Positions 9,753-18,451 of a DNA stretch of 64,000 nt are shown here, piece after piece; the first letter of the stretch is position 1, and every line of letters begins with the position of its first letter. The notes under the pieces are model-generated. The model was given only the letters and a program-made list of their open reading frames with translations, ran no database searches and was not told where the DNA came from. The stretch is taken from the NCBI GenBank assembly GCA_027623815.1, contig JAQBUV010000001.1, positions 3,295 through 67,294 on the forward strand, read 5' to 3'. A program made the position numbers and the translations under genes. Source of the DNA: Chloroflexota bacterium. Its GTDB lineage: Bacteria > Chloroflexota > Dehalococcoidia > Lucifugimonadales > UBA3495.

Positions 9753-10595
9753 ATGAACTCAAACCGAAGACCGGTCGCCGTCGTGGTGGGGGCGACATCC
9801 AAGTGGCAGTCAGATGGCCGCAATACCCAACTGGCGCACGGTAAGGTTCTCGACGATAGCGACCTCCCCGTCGGAGTGCGCTGGGGCGTAGGGGGCGCCA
9901 TCGCCCAGAAGTTCGCACAGGAGGGCTTCTTTGTCGTGCTGACGACCCGTAGTGCCGCCAACGCATCTGCGCTGCAGAGTGCAATCGGAGAGCAGGGCGG
10001 CGAAAGCATGATCGTCGAGCTGGATCTGGTGTCTGAGGACTCCATTTCAAATGCGTTCTCCCAGATTCGAAACGAAGCTGGCGACCCGGAAGTCTTGGTC
10101 TACAACGCGGGCTACCTGGAGGGGCGTGACCTTCCCCCAGAGAAAGAATTGCTGGAAAACATGCCGGTCGAAATTTTTGAAACCGCACAGCATATCGCTA
10201 GCCGTGGCCCGTTCCTGGTCGCCAAGGAGGTGTTGCCGGCCATGCGCGAGCGCGGCGAGGGCTCCTTCCTAATTTCTAATAACTCGTCGTCCCTGCGCGG
10301 ACGAAAGCGACAGACCGGACAATCGCTGTACTATCCAAGAGTGATGATGCGCACGCTGGCGCAGGTGCTAACGGAGGAATATTCCGAGTACGGCGTGCAC
10401 GTAGCCAATGTCGTGATCGACGGCACCATTGACTCTCCAGGCACCCGAGCCACGCCGAGAGCCCAGCAGCATCCTGAACTGGTGATCAACCCGGTTAAGA
10501 TCGCCGATGCGTTTTATTATCTGCACACCCAGGACAAATCGTGTTGGACGCACGAACTCCAACTGACTCCGTATCCGTCCAAGCCGAGCTATTAA
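9753..10595 (+). CDS. atypical short-chain dehydrogenase/reductase family protein
   Basis: 280 aa preceded by an AAAGGAG RBS. The Rossmann start VAVVVGATS...GVGGAIAQKFAQEGFFVV carries a ~25-aa insert inside the Gly-rich loop. NAG and SN..S elements are present, but YxxxK is not intact (YYPRVMMR). Confidence 0.7.
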   Translation: MNSNRRPVAVVVGATSKWQSDGRNTQLAHGKVLDDSDLPVGVRWGVGGAIAQKFAQEGFFVVLTTRSAANASALQSAIGEQGGESMIVELDLVSEDSISNAFSQIRNEAGDPEVLVYNAGYLEGRDLPPEKELLENMPVEIFETAQHIASRGPFLVAKEVLPAMRERGEGSFLISNNSSSLRGRKRQTGQSLYYPRVMMRTLAQVLTEEYSEYGVHVANVVIDGTIDSPGTRATPRAQQHPELVINPVKIADAFYYLHTQDKSCWTHELQLTPYPSKPSY

Positions 10596-10623
10596 GGTTA
10601 GGGCCGACATCTGGCGATATTCT

Positions 10624-10767
10624 GGTAGTGATTCAGTTTGATTCTCGTCATTTCGGAGCAAGCCGGAATCCACTAGAGCGTATCAACCACCCTCGTATCT
10701 GGACACCGGCCTTCGCGGGTGTGACGAATAGAGGCTCAATCCCGAACCAACAAACTGAACCACTACC
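10624..10767 (+). repeat. family-A palindromic MITE-like element, copy 1 (144 bp)
   Basis: The ends are GGTAGTGATTCAGTTTG and CAAACTGAACCACTACC, forming an inverted repeat. The internal arms GTCATTTCGGAGCAAGCCGGAATCCA and TGGACACCGGCCTTCGCGGGTGTGAC are imperfect reverse complements. It lies between the SDR and PrpD genes. Confidence 0.8.
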
Positions 10768-10786
10768 GATAATAAAGGAGTGTGCC

Positions 10787-12136
10787 GTGTCTATTGCACG
10801 TGATCTGGCAACTTTTCTCACGCGGGTTTCTTACGCCGATATCCCGCCGCAGGCCCTTGAACATGCAGCGATGTTGATTTCCAGCACGTTGGCCAGCGCC
10901 GCAGGTGGCTCCGGAATTGCTTCCGCATCGATCATTCGCGAGCTCGCCAAGGATCGCGGCGGAAAACCTGAGGCATCAATCTGGTTTGACTCCGGCGCCA
11001 AGTTGCCGGTAGGCGACGCGGCCCAGGTCAACGCCGTCATGAGCGACGCCGCTGCCTCCGATGACAGCGACCTGCGTAATATTGTCCATGCCGGAACCCA
11101 ACTCGTCTCCACATCCCTCGCCATTGCGGAGCGAACCGGGGCCAGTGGCCAGGAGGTTTTGGCGGCCATTGTCCTCGGCTATGAGGCTTTGGGGCGAATC
11201 GGGGAAGCGATTACACCTACTTTCCAAACCCGGGGTTTTCATGGATGTCTTGTCGCCATCTTTGGCGCCGCCGTTGCTGCTGCGCGGCTGTTGCGGCTTG
11301 ACGAGGTTCAAATGGCTCAGGCCATTGCTCTTTCCGCGACCTCGATAGGTGGGCTTCGGGATGCGGCCGACACCAGTGTGGCCCGCGAGTATCACGCCGG
11401 GCTAGCGGCAATGTTGGGGATACAAGCCGCCCTTGCCGCCCAGCGGGGATATCTGGCCGAAGAACGCATCTTCGAAACCCAACGGGGATTTTTGGCGGTA
11501 TACGGCGACACCGACGGATCGAGCGTGACTCACGGTCTGGGAGATGAATGGGATATCATCACGGACATGGCTATCAAGCTGGTTCCGGGCGGGCATCCCT
11601 CCCATTCTCTGGCCGAGGCCGCCGCCAATGCGGCCCGGGCTGGCCGGGTCACGCCGGATGAAGTCGAGACCATTACGCTGTCACGACCGGGTGTCACAAA
11701 GCTTACGGGTCCCATCCACCCCGCCGACCTGATCGACATGGCGCATAGTCCCGCCTACTTCCTGGCCGCCGGCGTAGCCGACCACGAATTCTCCTGGGTG
11801 CACGCGACCGAGGCCAAGATCACGGATCCGGTCATTCATCAACTCATCGACAAAGTCCTGGTCGGTGCGCCGCCAACCCAACATGTGGAGCAGTACAAGC
11901 AGGGCGCTACCGTGACAATTAAGACCAAAGACGGCCGGACCTTCTCCAGTACCGTCTTTGCGCCGAAGGGGGCGGGCACCCTTGGGATCGACTGGGCCGA
12001 CGTCGAAGCCAAGTATCGTACGCTGGTTCCACACGCTCAGGTGAGCGACCAACGAGTTGAAGCTAGCCTTCAGGTGATCCACGACTTTGGCAAAGTTAAA
12101 CATGTCTCCGAACTGATCAACCTGCTGCGCACTTAG
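10787..12136 (+). CDS. MmgE/PrpD family protein (2-methylcitrate dehydratase-like)
   Basis: Track ORF 10541-12136 is trimmed to the in-frame GTG at 10787, preceded by AAGGAG. The upstream 82 codons read through repeat element A. The sequence ARDLATFLTRVSYADIPPQALEHA is a typical PrpD N-terminus, and 449 aa is the typical size. Confidence 0.85.
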   Translation: MSIARDLATFLTRVSYADIPPQALEHAAMLISSTLASAAGGSGIASASIIRELAKDRGGKPEASIWFDSGAKLPVGDAAQVNAVMSDAAASDDSDLRNIVHAGTQLVSTSLAIAERTGASGQEVLAAIVLGYEALGRIGEAITPTFQTRGFHGCLVAIFGAAVAAARLLRLDEVQMAQAIALSATSIGGLRDAADTSVAREYHAGLAAMLGIQAALAAQRGYLAEERIFETQRGFLAVYGDTDGSSVTHGLGDEWDIITDMAIKLVPGGHPSHSLAEAAANAARAGRVTPDEVETITLSRPGVTKLTGPIHPADLIDMAHSPAYFLAAGVADHEFSWVHATEAKITDPVIHQLIDKVLVGAPPTQHVEQYKQGATVTIKTKDGRTFSSTVFAPKGAGTLGIDWADVEAKYRTLVPHAQVSDQRVEASLQVIHDFGKVKHVSELINLLRT

Positions 12137-12290
12137 GTAGTCGAGTCGTTCAGTCAACACTGTGGTCGTCACTACGTGGTCGTCACTACGTTGAGAAACT
12201 CCTTGAAATAAAATATATGTGTCAGCAGCCCCTTGCTGATGATAGCACGTATGTCCTAATATGTTGGCACTATCTTTTTTGGAGGGGCGA

Positions 12291-12548
12291 ATGTCAGAGC
12301 TAAGTCCGGAGGATCGTTACCAGCTACGGAAGCTACAGATGGATGTCGATAAGAAGGGACTGGAAGTTCAGAAATCTCAGCAGGACTTGGACCGGTTGGT
12401 GCTGGAGTTGGAGCACAAATACGGCCTGCTAGGTGGGGACGGTACTATTGATCCTAAGAGTGGAACTATCAATGGCTTTTCTCCAGTTCGTAATGGGAAA
12501 AGTCGCCCCGAACATTTGTCGAGCGTCCTGGTGGAAGAAGCTGCCTAG
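12291..12548 (+). CDS. hypothetical small coiled-coil protein
   Basis: The ATG at 12291 is preceded by GGAGGGG. The product is 85 aa (MSELSPEDRYQLRKLQMDVDKKGLEVQKSQQDLDRLVLELEHKYG). No family recognised. Confidence 0.4.
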   Translation: MSELSPEDRYQLRKLQMDVDKKGLEVQKSQQDLDRLVLELEHKYGLLGGDGTIDPKSGTINGFSPVRNGKSRPEHLSSVLVEEAA

Positions 12549-12600
12549 TATTGTCTGGGCTAGACTAAATACTGCGTCGATCGTGTTTTAGTTGCTGGCA

Positions 12601-12687
12601 TCGTCTCCCGCAAGGGGAGCGGAATGACGTGAAGGGTATCACGCTAATCCCAGTCTTTTTCCATCAAGGGAGAAGGAGTCTAGCCAG
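12601..12687 (-). repeat. family-B double-hairpin repeat, copy 1
   Basis: The reverse complement aligns along its length with 37018-37112 (CTGGCTAGAC.CCTTCTCCC....GTGATACC....CTCCC....GGGAG). It contains the CTCCCGCAAGGGGAG hairpin. Confidence 0.7.
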
Positions 12688-12944
12688 CCCATTGGAACAA
12701 CTTGTAACAACTGTCAATCCTGGTTTGACACGATCCTAGAGGCTATTTGCCCCGGAAGGTACTTGATGTGGTGCTAGGTGTATTGAATTTATGGAGCCTG
12801 GGCTAGTTCTCCAACAAGAACATTGCTATTCGGGCAATCCCAATTTGCAGCTATCAGATTGAGGGCTTAGAATAGGGCCATCTTACGGGCCGAGCGGAGT
12901 GTCAGATTTCGTAATTAGCCCGACGGGAGGAGGACCTTTTCTAC

Positions 12945-13994
12945 ATGAAGTTTGCCCTCTTTATTCTCCCTTCCTGGCCGGAACAGGAAACCAAGCATCA
13001 GAGCCGCGCCTTTGGTGAGGCTGTCGAGCAGATTCAGTACGCCGAGGAATTGGGCTTCGACTCGGTGTGGCTGGCCGAGCACCACTTCACCCGCTTTGGA
13101 GTTTGTCCCCTGTCCCTCCCCTTCGCGCATTTTGTCGCCGCCAAGACCTCTAAGATTCGCATCGGCACCGGCGTAACCGTGGTCAATTTCCATGACCCTA
13201 TATTCCTGGCGGAAGAGGCTGCGATGCTGGACGTACTCTCCGGTGGTCGACTGGACTTCGGCATAGGTCGGGGACAGGTGGTTTACGAGTACAACAACTT
13301 CAAAGTGGACTACGAGACCCGCACCCAGCGTTTCGAGGAGATACTGGACGTCATACTGGGCCTTTGGTCCACCCCTGGGTTTAGCTATGACGGCGAGTTC
13401 TACCAGATTAAAGACATGACCATCGCCCCCACGCCCCTACAGCAGCCCCATCCGCCGGTGTACCTGGCGGTGTCCCGCAGCGCGGCCAGCGTGGATGTGG
13501 CCATCTCCCGCGACCTGCCCATCCTCACCGGTGCCAACACCCCCGACGACGACGTCCTGGGCATCAGATCCCTGTACTACGAGGGGTGCGCCGCCGCGGG
13601 GAAAGCACCCCTGGCCGACCAGATGCCCTTCTTCCGTCTGGGCTACGTGGCCGAGGACGAAAAGCACGCACGGGAAGACCCTCGCGAGGCGCTGACCTGG
13701 GTTAGAGACCTGAATGGCCTGCGGCGCACCCTCACCGGCGGCAGCGAGATTAACATGGACCTGGACCACTGGCGCAAAACCCGCACCGAGCATCCGCCTA
13801 GCTATGAGGCCCAGTTGAAAGACACCGCCTATTTCGGCACGCCAGACCAAATGACCGAGCGGTTGCGTTGGCTGCAGAAAGAGCACGACGTGCAGTATTT
13901 CGGGGCCAGCATGGCCTTCGGTAGCCTGGAGCACGAGAAGGTGCTGCGCTCCATGGAACTATTCGCCAAAGAGGTTATGCCCAAATTTCGGTAG
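12945..13994 (+). CDS. LLM-class (luciferase-like) flavin-dependent oxidoreductase
   Basis: 349 aa preceded by a GGAGGAGG RBS, with the sequence EQIQYAEELGFDSVWLAEHHF. Confidence 0.85.
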   Translation: MKFALFILPSWPEQETKHQSRAFGEAVEQIQYAEELGFDSVWLAEHHFTRFGVCPLSLPFAHFVAAKTSKIRIGTGVTVVNFHDPIFLAEEAAMLDVLSGGRLDFGIGRGQVVYEYNNFKVDYETRTQRFEEILDVILGLWSTPGFSYDGEFYQIKDMTIAPTPLQQPHPPVYLAVSRSAASVDVAISRDLPILTGANTPDDDVLGIRSLYYEGCAAAGKAPLADQMPFFRLGYVAEDEKHAREDPREALTWVRDLNGLRRTLTGGSEINMDLDHWRKTRTEHPPSYEAQLKDTAYFGTPDQMTERLRWLQKEHDVQYFGASMAFGSLEHEKVLRSMELFAKEVMPKFR

Positions 13995-14147
13995 GCAAGT
14001 TTTTTTCAGCAAGTAGACCCACGCTTGAAATCGACGGTAATTACGATGGTAATTACGCTAGTACGGTGGGTCGATCACGTCTAATTGCCCTCAGCTAACA
14101 AAGAGTGACCCAGACCGGAGCATCTGCTCACACTTATGGAGAATAAG

Positions 14148-15185
14148 ATGGCCATCCAAATCGATCTACGAGTCCCTCCCTGCGCGCCAGTACCCGAGGT
14201 CGGCAAATTCGCCGCGTTGTGTGAAACGGCCGGCTTTGACGGGGTGGGCATACTGGATTCACAGATGCTGGAGCGGGACGTTTTCGTGAGCATGGCGGCG
14301 GCAGCTCAGGCCACTTCCAGCATCAGGGTATCCTCGGCCGTGCTCAACCCGGTGACCCGGCATCTGTCGGTCATCGCTTCGGCAATGAAAACGGTGGCGG
14401 AACTGGCTCCGGGGCGGGCGGAATTCTGGATCGGCCGGGGGTTCAGTTCGGTGCAAACGGTTGGAATACCACCAGCGACGGTCAGGCAGATGCGCGATGG
14501 CGTCCTGACCCTGAGGAGTCTACTGTCTGGTCAGAACATGGCATTTGGCGTTGCGACCAGCCGAATGCGGCATGGTGACGCCCAAGTACCGCGAATAATA
14601 ATTGCCGCCCACGGCCCCCGGACCATTGAAGTGGCGGGTGAGGTCGCCGACGGCGTGCTGCTACAAGTAGGACTCCACCCAGGGTCGGTGGCTTTGGCCC
14701 GTCAGCACCTGGAGGCAGGGGCAAAACGGGCTGGCCGCGATCCTGATGAACTGGAAATTATTCTCTGCGCTACCACGATTATCATGGACGATCAGCAGGA
14801 AGCCAGGGAGGTGGCGCGCCCTTTATGCGTCCAGAGACTGGTGGAGCAGAGCCACGCTCCCTACCTTCAGGCTTCGGGAATCGACACGGCTGATCTGGAG
14901 ATTCCAGTCAAAGAATTGAGCGAATTGTATCCCGACATTCCCCACGCCGAGGACTGGGAGCGGGCCAAGCAGTTGTGTGCTTTCTTGCCCGATGATATTT
15001 TGGCCAAGATGTGCGATGCCATCGGCCTGATCGGAACACCTGAATACTGCGCGCAGCGAATTCGCCAGGCCGAAGCAAACGGGATAGGCCACCTCTACCT
15101 GATGACCAGCGAGAGCTACCAATTTCCGCATCGGGAGTTGGCTGCCTTTCGAGATCAGATTTTTCCGGCGCTGAGATCAGCCTGA
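14148..15185 (+). CDS. LLM-class F420/flavin-dependent oxidoreductase
   Basis: The ORF 14136-15185 most likely starts at the second ATG (14148), which has GGAG 8 nt upstream. It has a TIM-barrel LLM-type sequence (GFDGVGILDSQ, GTPEYCAQRI). Confidence 0.8.
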   Translation: MAIQIDLRVPPCAPVPEVGKFAALCETAGFDGVGILDSQMLERDVFVSMAAAAQATSSIRVSSAVLNPVTRHLSVIASAMKTVAELAPGRAEFWIGRGFSSVQTVGIPPATVRQMRDGVLTLRSLLSGQNMAFGVATSRMRHGDAQVPRIIIAAHGPRTIEVAGEVADGVLLQVGLHPGSVALARQHLEAGAKRAGRDPDELEIILCATTIIMDDQQEAREVARPLCVQRLVEQSHAPYLQASGIDTADLEIPVKELSELYPDIPHAEDWERAKQLCAFLPDDILAKMCDAIGLIGTPEYCAQRIRQAEANGIGHLYLMTSESYQFPHRELAAFRDQIFPALRSA

Positions 15186-15207
15186 CCAAAAAGTTTATCC
15201 TCTAGAC

Positions 15208-15238
15208 AGCGCCCCGGATTGTCATGCTCCGGGGCGCT
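15208..15238 (+). terminator. stem-loop after the LLM gene (10-bp perfect stem, no clear T-run)
   Basis: AGCGCCCCGG (15208-15217) pairs perfectly with CCGGGGCGCT (15229-15238) across an 11-nt loop, 23 nt after the stop codon. Confidence 0.4.
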
Positions 15239-15329
15239 TAGAATTCTATCAGAGGTCGAAACCTGAGTTGGCTATTGAGTGTAGCGCATGGTGTTGACTG
15301 CAAAGCGCGGAGCGTAGCGGTTCCCATTG

Positions 15330-15634
15330 CGGGTTATCCGCCAGGCGTTCTTGGCGCAGATCGCCCGATCAGGTTCTTGATATTGGGTGCTTGCCCGTCA
15401 ACAATGGACGTATCTGGGTTGGGAACATAGTCCTTATAAGTCTCCATCTGAATGTCTAGACCGGGACGACATTCAATCAATCTGTAAGGACCGATGCTGA
15501 CTATGTTCCTGCCGAGTTCTAGGGCTGTCCGTTGTGAAATTGCACGCCTTGCCGCAGGTTAAATCGCCACTGGTCCAGGTCAAATTGTTCTCATTCGACC
15601 GCGGGGAGAGGGTCACTACCTCAAAAGTATCGCT
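15330..15634 (-). pseudogene. degraded fragment of a family-5 (peptide/nickel type) solute-binding protein gene
   Basis: Minus-strand hand translation gives ...SDTFEVVTLSPRSNENNLTWTSGDLTCGKACNFTTDSP. After a frame change it gives LELGRNIVSIGPYRLIECRPGLDIQMETYKDYVPNPD...APNIKNLIGRS, with stops. This parallels GFGPYQQVRWDPGVSLTQEA.DDYVPAGD...LVRNLKWVWRS of the gene at 43196-44989. Confidence 0.5.
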
Positions 15635-15780
15635 GGTGATCCAGGTCAGTTTGTTGAGTCAGGAACGGCCCACTGTTTGTCACAGCGGAGAAGGCAGGTG
15701 TCCAGATGCACGGTGGTTGATTTGCTCTGATAGATTTTGGGTTATGCCGGAATAACGAGAACCAAACTGAATTAGTAGCC
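15635..15780 (-). repeat. family-A MITE-like element, copy 2 (inverted orientation)
   Basis: It aligns end to end with the reverse complement of copy 1 and includes GGTGTCCAGAT and CAAACTGAAT..TAG. It abuts the SBP gene fragment. Confidence 0.75.
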
Positions 15781-15899
15781 AAAACCACCAAATCTTGACG
15801 GGCTTGGGACACCGTTTTATAGTTTTAGAGAGCCTGCCGGATTGTATGCTCAGGGAGATTATTGCTGGGGGAGATTCTAAATAGGAAGCGTTTCATTTC

Positions 15900-16187
15900 T
15901 TGGCCAAACACAAAACAGGGAAAAAGATAACCGCCACTCATACCAGCATAATCGAAGCTGCCCTTCCCGTAGTTGAGGCCGCAGAAAGGCTGCTGGAAGT
16001 CACCAAGATATCTTTGGGAATTATCAAACAAATTGGTATATCCAGGGGTCAGCATAGAATTAAGTTCCAGCCGATCACCGGAGGTTGGAAACTGACTGTA
16101 CGAGGGAGTTCTTCCGTACAGGAGATATACATCTACTCAGAATCCGCCGTAGATACCAAGAATTCGCTAGAAGCTGGCTTCCACTAA
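15900..16187 (+). CDS. hypothetical small protein in a low-GC islet
   Basis: 95-aa ORF with a TTG start and clean coding-like composition (KITATHTSIIEAALPVVEAAERLLEVTKISLGIIKQ...GGWKLTVRGSSSVQEIYIYS). Family not recognised with confidence. Confidence 0.4.
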   Translation: MAKHKTGKKITATHTSIIEAALPVVEAAERLLEVTKISLGIIKQIGISRGQHRIKFQPITGGWKLTVRGSSSVQEIYIYSESAVDTKNSLEAGFH

Positions 16188-16371
16188 TAACCGGTTCAAG
16201 CCCATTCAGGTTAATGATTTGGATTGGCTGTCAGCATAGAGTTTGGAGTTCAGAATGTCCCATTCCTTGATTCGTGCGATATCGTAGCCGCAACTCGTAA
16301 CGAGCGAGAGGTGTCTAGCGAACCACACTTGAAATAAATCTCAGAGAATTTCAATCTGATGGAGGGCATTG

Positions 16372-17271
16372 ATGCCAATCCTACAGCTTTCCCCGGATTT
16401 GGCCCAGATTGTGGCACCAGACCAGGAGATCGAGGAATTGGGCAGTGGCTACCAGGTCGCCGAAGGGCCGCTGTGGTGGCAAGAAGAAGTATACCTGCTT
16501 TTCAATGAGGTCAGGGGTAATCGCAGGAGGAAATGGACGCCCACAGAAGGCGTGAGTCTACTGCAGGAACCGAGCAATAATGCCAACGGCCTGACTCGCG
16601 ACCTCCAGGGTAGACTAATTCTGTGCGAGGGCGGCGCCCGCCGGGTGACCCGCGTAGAGGATAACGGAAACATCACCGTTGTGGCCGACGGCTACCAGGG
16701 TAAAAGACTGAACCGTCCCAATGACGTGGTGGTAAAATCCGACGGTAGCATCTACTTCACCGATCCTGGCGCGCCAGACCCAGACCTTGAGTTAGACTTC
16801 TCCGGAGTGTACCGCGTCTCGCCAGATTTGGCGACAATAACCCTGTTGATTCGGGACATCGTGTTCCCCAACGGATTGGCCTTCTCTCCGGATGAAAGCA
16901 TTCTTTACATCGATGATTACCGGCGAGGGCATATCAGGGCCTTTGATATGCAGCCAAACGGCACCTTGGCCCTGGCCACTGACCGAGTATTCTGCTCCCT
17001 CAGAGAACCCCGTCCCATCGGCCCCGATGGCCCGGACGGAATGAAGGTGGACGTGGAGGGAAATGTGTATTGCACCGGTCCGGGAGGCGTATGGGTCTTG
17101 AACCAAGAGGGCAAGCACCTGGGGACGATCCTGACTGGAGCCCAGACAACTAATGTGGGCTGGGGTGGTACAGACTGGAAAACCCTGTTCATAACCACTT
17201 TTGGAGCGGTGGGGCGCATTCGGCTAAACATTGCCGGGGTACCAGTACCTCATCCAAGTCATGGCGGCTAA
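16372..17271 (+). CDS. SMP-30/gluconolactonase/LRE family lactonase
   Basis: The ATG at 16372 lies 5 nt after GGAGGG. Motifs are AEGPLWW, RPNDVVV, GSIYFTDP, PNGLAFSPD and PDGMKVD. Confidence 0.85.
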   Translation: MPILQLSPDLAQIVAPDQEIEELGSGYQVAEGPLWWQEEVYLLFNEVRGNRRRKWTPTEGVSLLQEPSNNANGLTRDLQGRLILCEGGARRVTRVEDNGNITVVADGYQGKRLNRPNDVVVKSDGSIYFTDPGAPDPDLELDFSGVYRVSPDLATITLLIRDIVFPNGLAFSPDESILYIDDYRRGHIRAFDMQPNGTLALATDRVFCSLREPRPIGPDGPDGMKVDVEGNVYCTGPGGVWVLNQEGKHLGTILTGAQTTNVGWGGTDWKTLFITTFGAVGRIRLNIAGVPVPHPSHGG

Positions 17272-17487
17272 TAATTCCGCTTCCGGTGCATACTCTGGGC
17301 CGGGGATGCCCCGCGCACCCTGCTAGAGCCCGACCGCGTGAAATTCCCCACAAAACCCAGGTATACTGTGCAGAGGTTTTGACTTCCCTTGCCCGGTTAG
17401 TCCCCAAGATCGGGTCAAGCTGTTAAACAAAGGTAAACCTACCAAAGCTGCATCTAAGCAAAGCTACAAAAGGAGAAATATCGAGCT

Positions 17488-18417
17488 ATGCCAGCTGAAA
17501 AAATTAGAGGCGTTATCGTACCCATTCTGACCCCGTTGAACTCAGATGAAACGGTGGACACCCAGTCCCTCCGCCGCTTGGCCAATTATCTGATCGACAA
17601 TGGTGTCCACGGCATCTGGATATCCGGAACCACGGGCGAGTTCGCTGCCCTCTCCGACCGGCAACGGCTCATCAGCATGGAAACTTTGGTGGATGAAGTC
17701 GCCGGGCGAGTCGCGGTCATCGGCAACGTGTCCGGGGCCAGCACCCAGCTATCCCTCCAGATGGCGCTGGACGTTCAGGAAATGGCGCTGGACGGTGTGG
17801 CGGTCACACCGCCCTATTACTACCCTCACTCCCAAGATGAACTGCTGGATCACTACCGCTACATCAGCGACCGCTCCGGCCTGCCCCTGTGGGTTTACAA
17901 CATACCCCAAACGGTCAAAACGGCGGTTGCTCCGGGAACCATTGCCACCCTGGCCAGTGAGGGGGCGGTGGTCGGCGTGAAGGACAGCTCCGGTGCCGGA
18001 GAGCTGCTGTCCGAGCTTAACGTCCTTTGTGAGCAAGGGAACATCCCGCTGCTGAGATTCCTGGGCACCGTGTACCGGATCACCACCTCCGGCTCTTTGG
18101 GCGTGGAGGGGGTCATTCCGGCCATTGCCAACCTGGTGCCCAAGGCCGCCGCCCAGGGTTGGGAAGCCGGCGAGCGCGGGGACGCAGAAACAGCACGGAG
18201 GTGCAACGCGCAATTGATCATTGCCGGCAAAGTCGCCCAGCTAGCCAAGGGGGGCGGGCCCAATGCCGCCAACTTCTCTGGCATGAAGTCGGCGTTGAAG
18301 CTGATGGGAATCCTGGCCAGTGACACGGTTAGCCGCCCGCTTCGCCCAATGACCGAGCAGGAAAAGCAGGGCATACCCGCTATTTTGCAAGAATTGGGCC
18401 TGTCTAACGGATCATAG
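17488..18417 (+). CDS. dihydrodipicolinate synthase/N-acetylneuraminate lyase family aldolase
   Basis: 309 aa preceded by an AAAGGAG RBS. It has GTTGEFAALS, YYYP, YNIP and the Schiff-base lysine context GVKDSSG. Confidence 0.85.
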   Translation: MPAEKIRGVIVPILTPLNSDETVDTQSLRRLANYLIDNGVHGIWISGTTGEFAALSDRQRLISMETLVDEVAGRVAVIGNVSGASTQLSLQMALDVQEMALDGVAVTPPYYYPHSQDELLDHYRYISDRSGLPLWVYNIPQTVKTAVAPGTIATLASEGAVVGVKDSSGAGELLSELNVLCEQGNIPLLRFLGTVYRITTSGSLGVEGVIPAIANLVPKAAAQGWEAGERGDAETARRCNAQLIIAGKVAQLAKGGGPNAANFSGMKSALKLMGILASDTVSRPLRPMTEQEKQGIPAILQELGLSNGS

Positions 18418-18451
18418 GTTATTGGTTTCTTTTTCTTGAGGAAGTGATGCC

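Noticed and set aside
10541-10786. The N-terminal 82 codons of the track ORF for the PrpD-family gene.
   Set aside because: This stretch reads straight through repeat element A (peptide ..RIWTPAFAGVTNRG..). A GTG at 10787 with an AAGGAG RBS gives a protein of canonical length.
15621-15812. Small ORFs 15621-15812 (-) and 21792-21992 (+), which share the peptide IWTPAF(A/S)(G/A).TN.
   Set aside because: They are translations of the family-A repeat in both orientations. The conservation is at DNA level and palindromic, so they are not protein genes.
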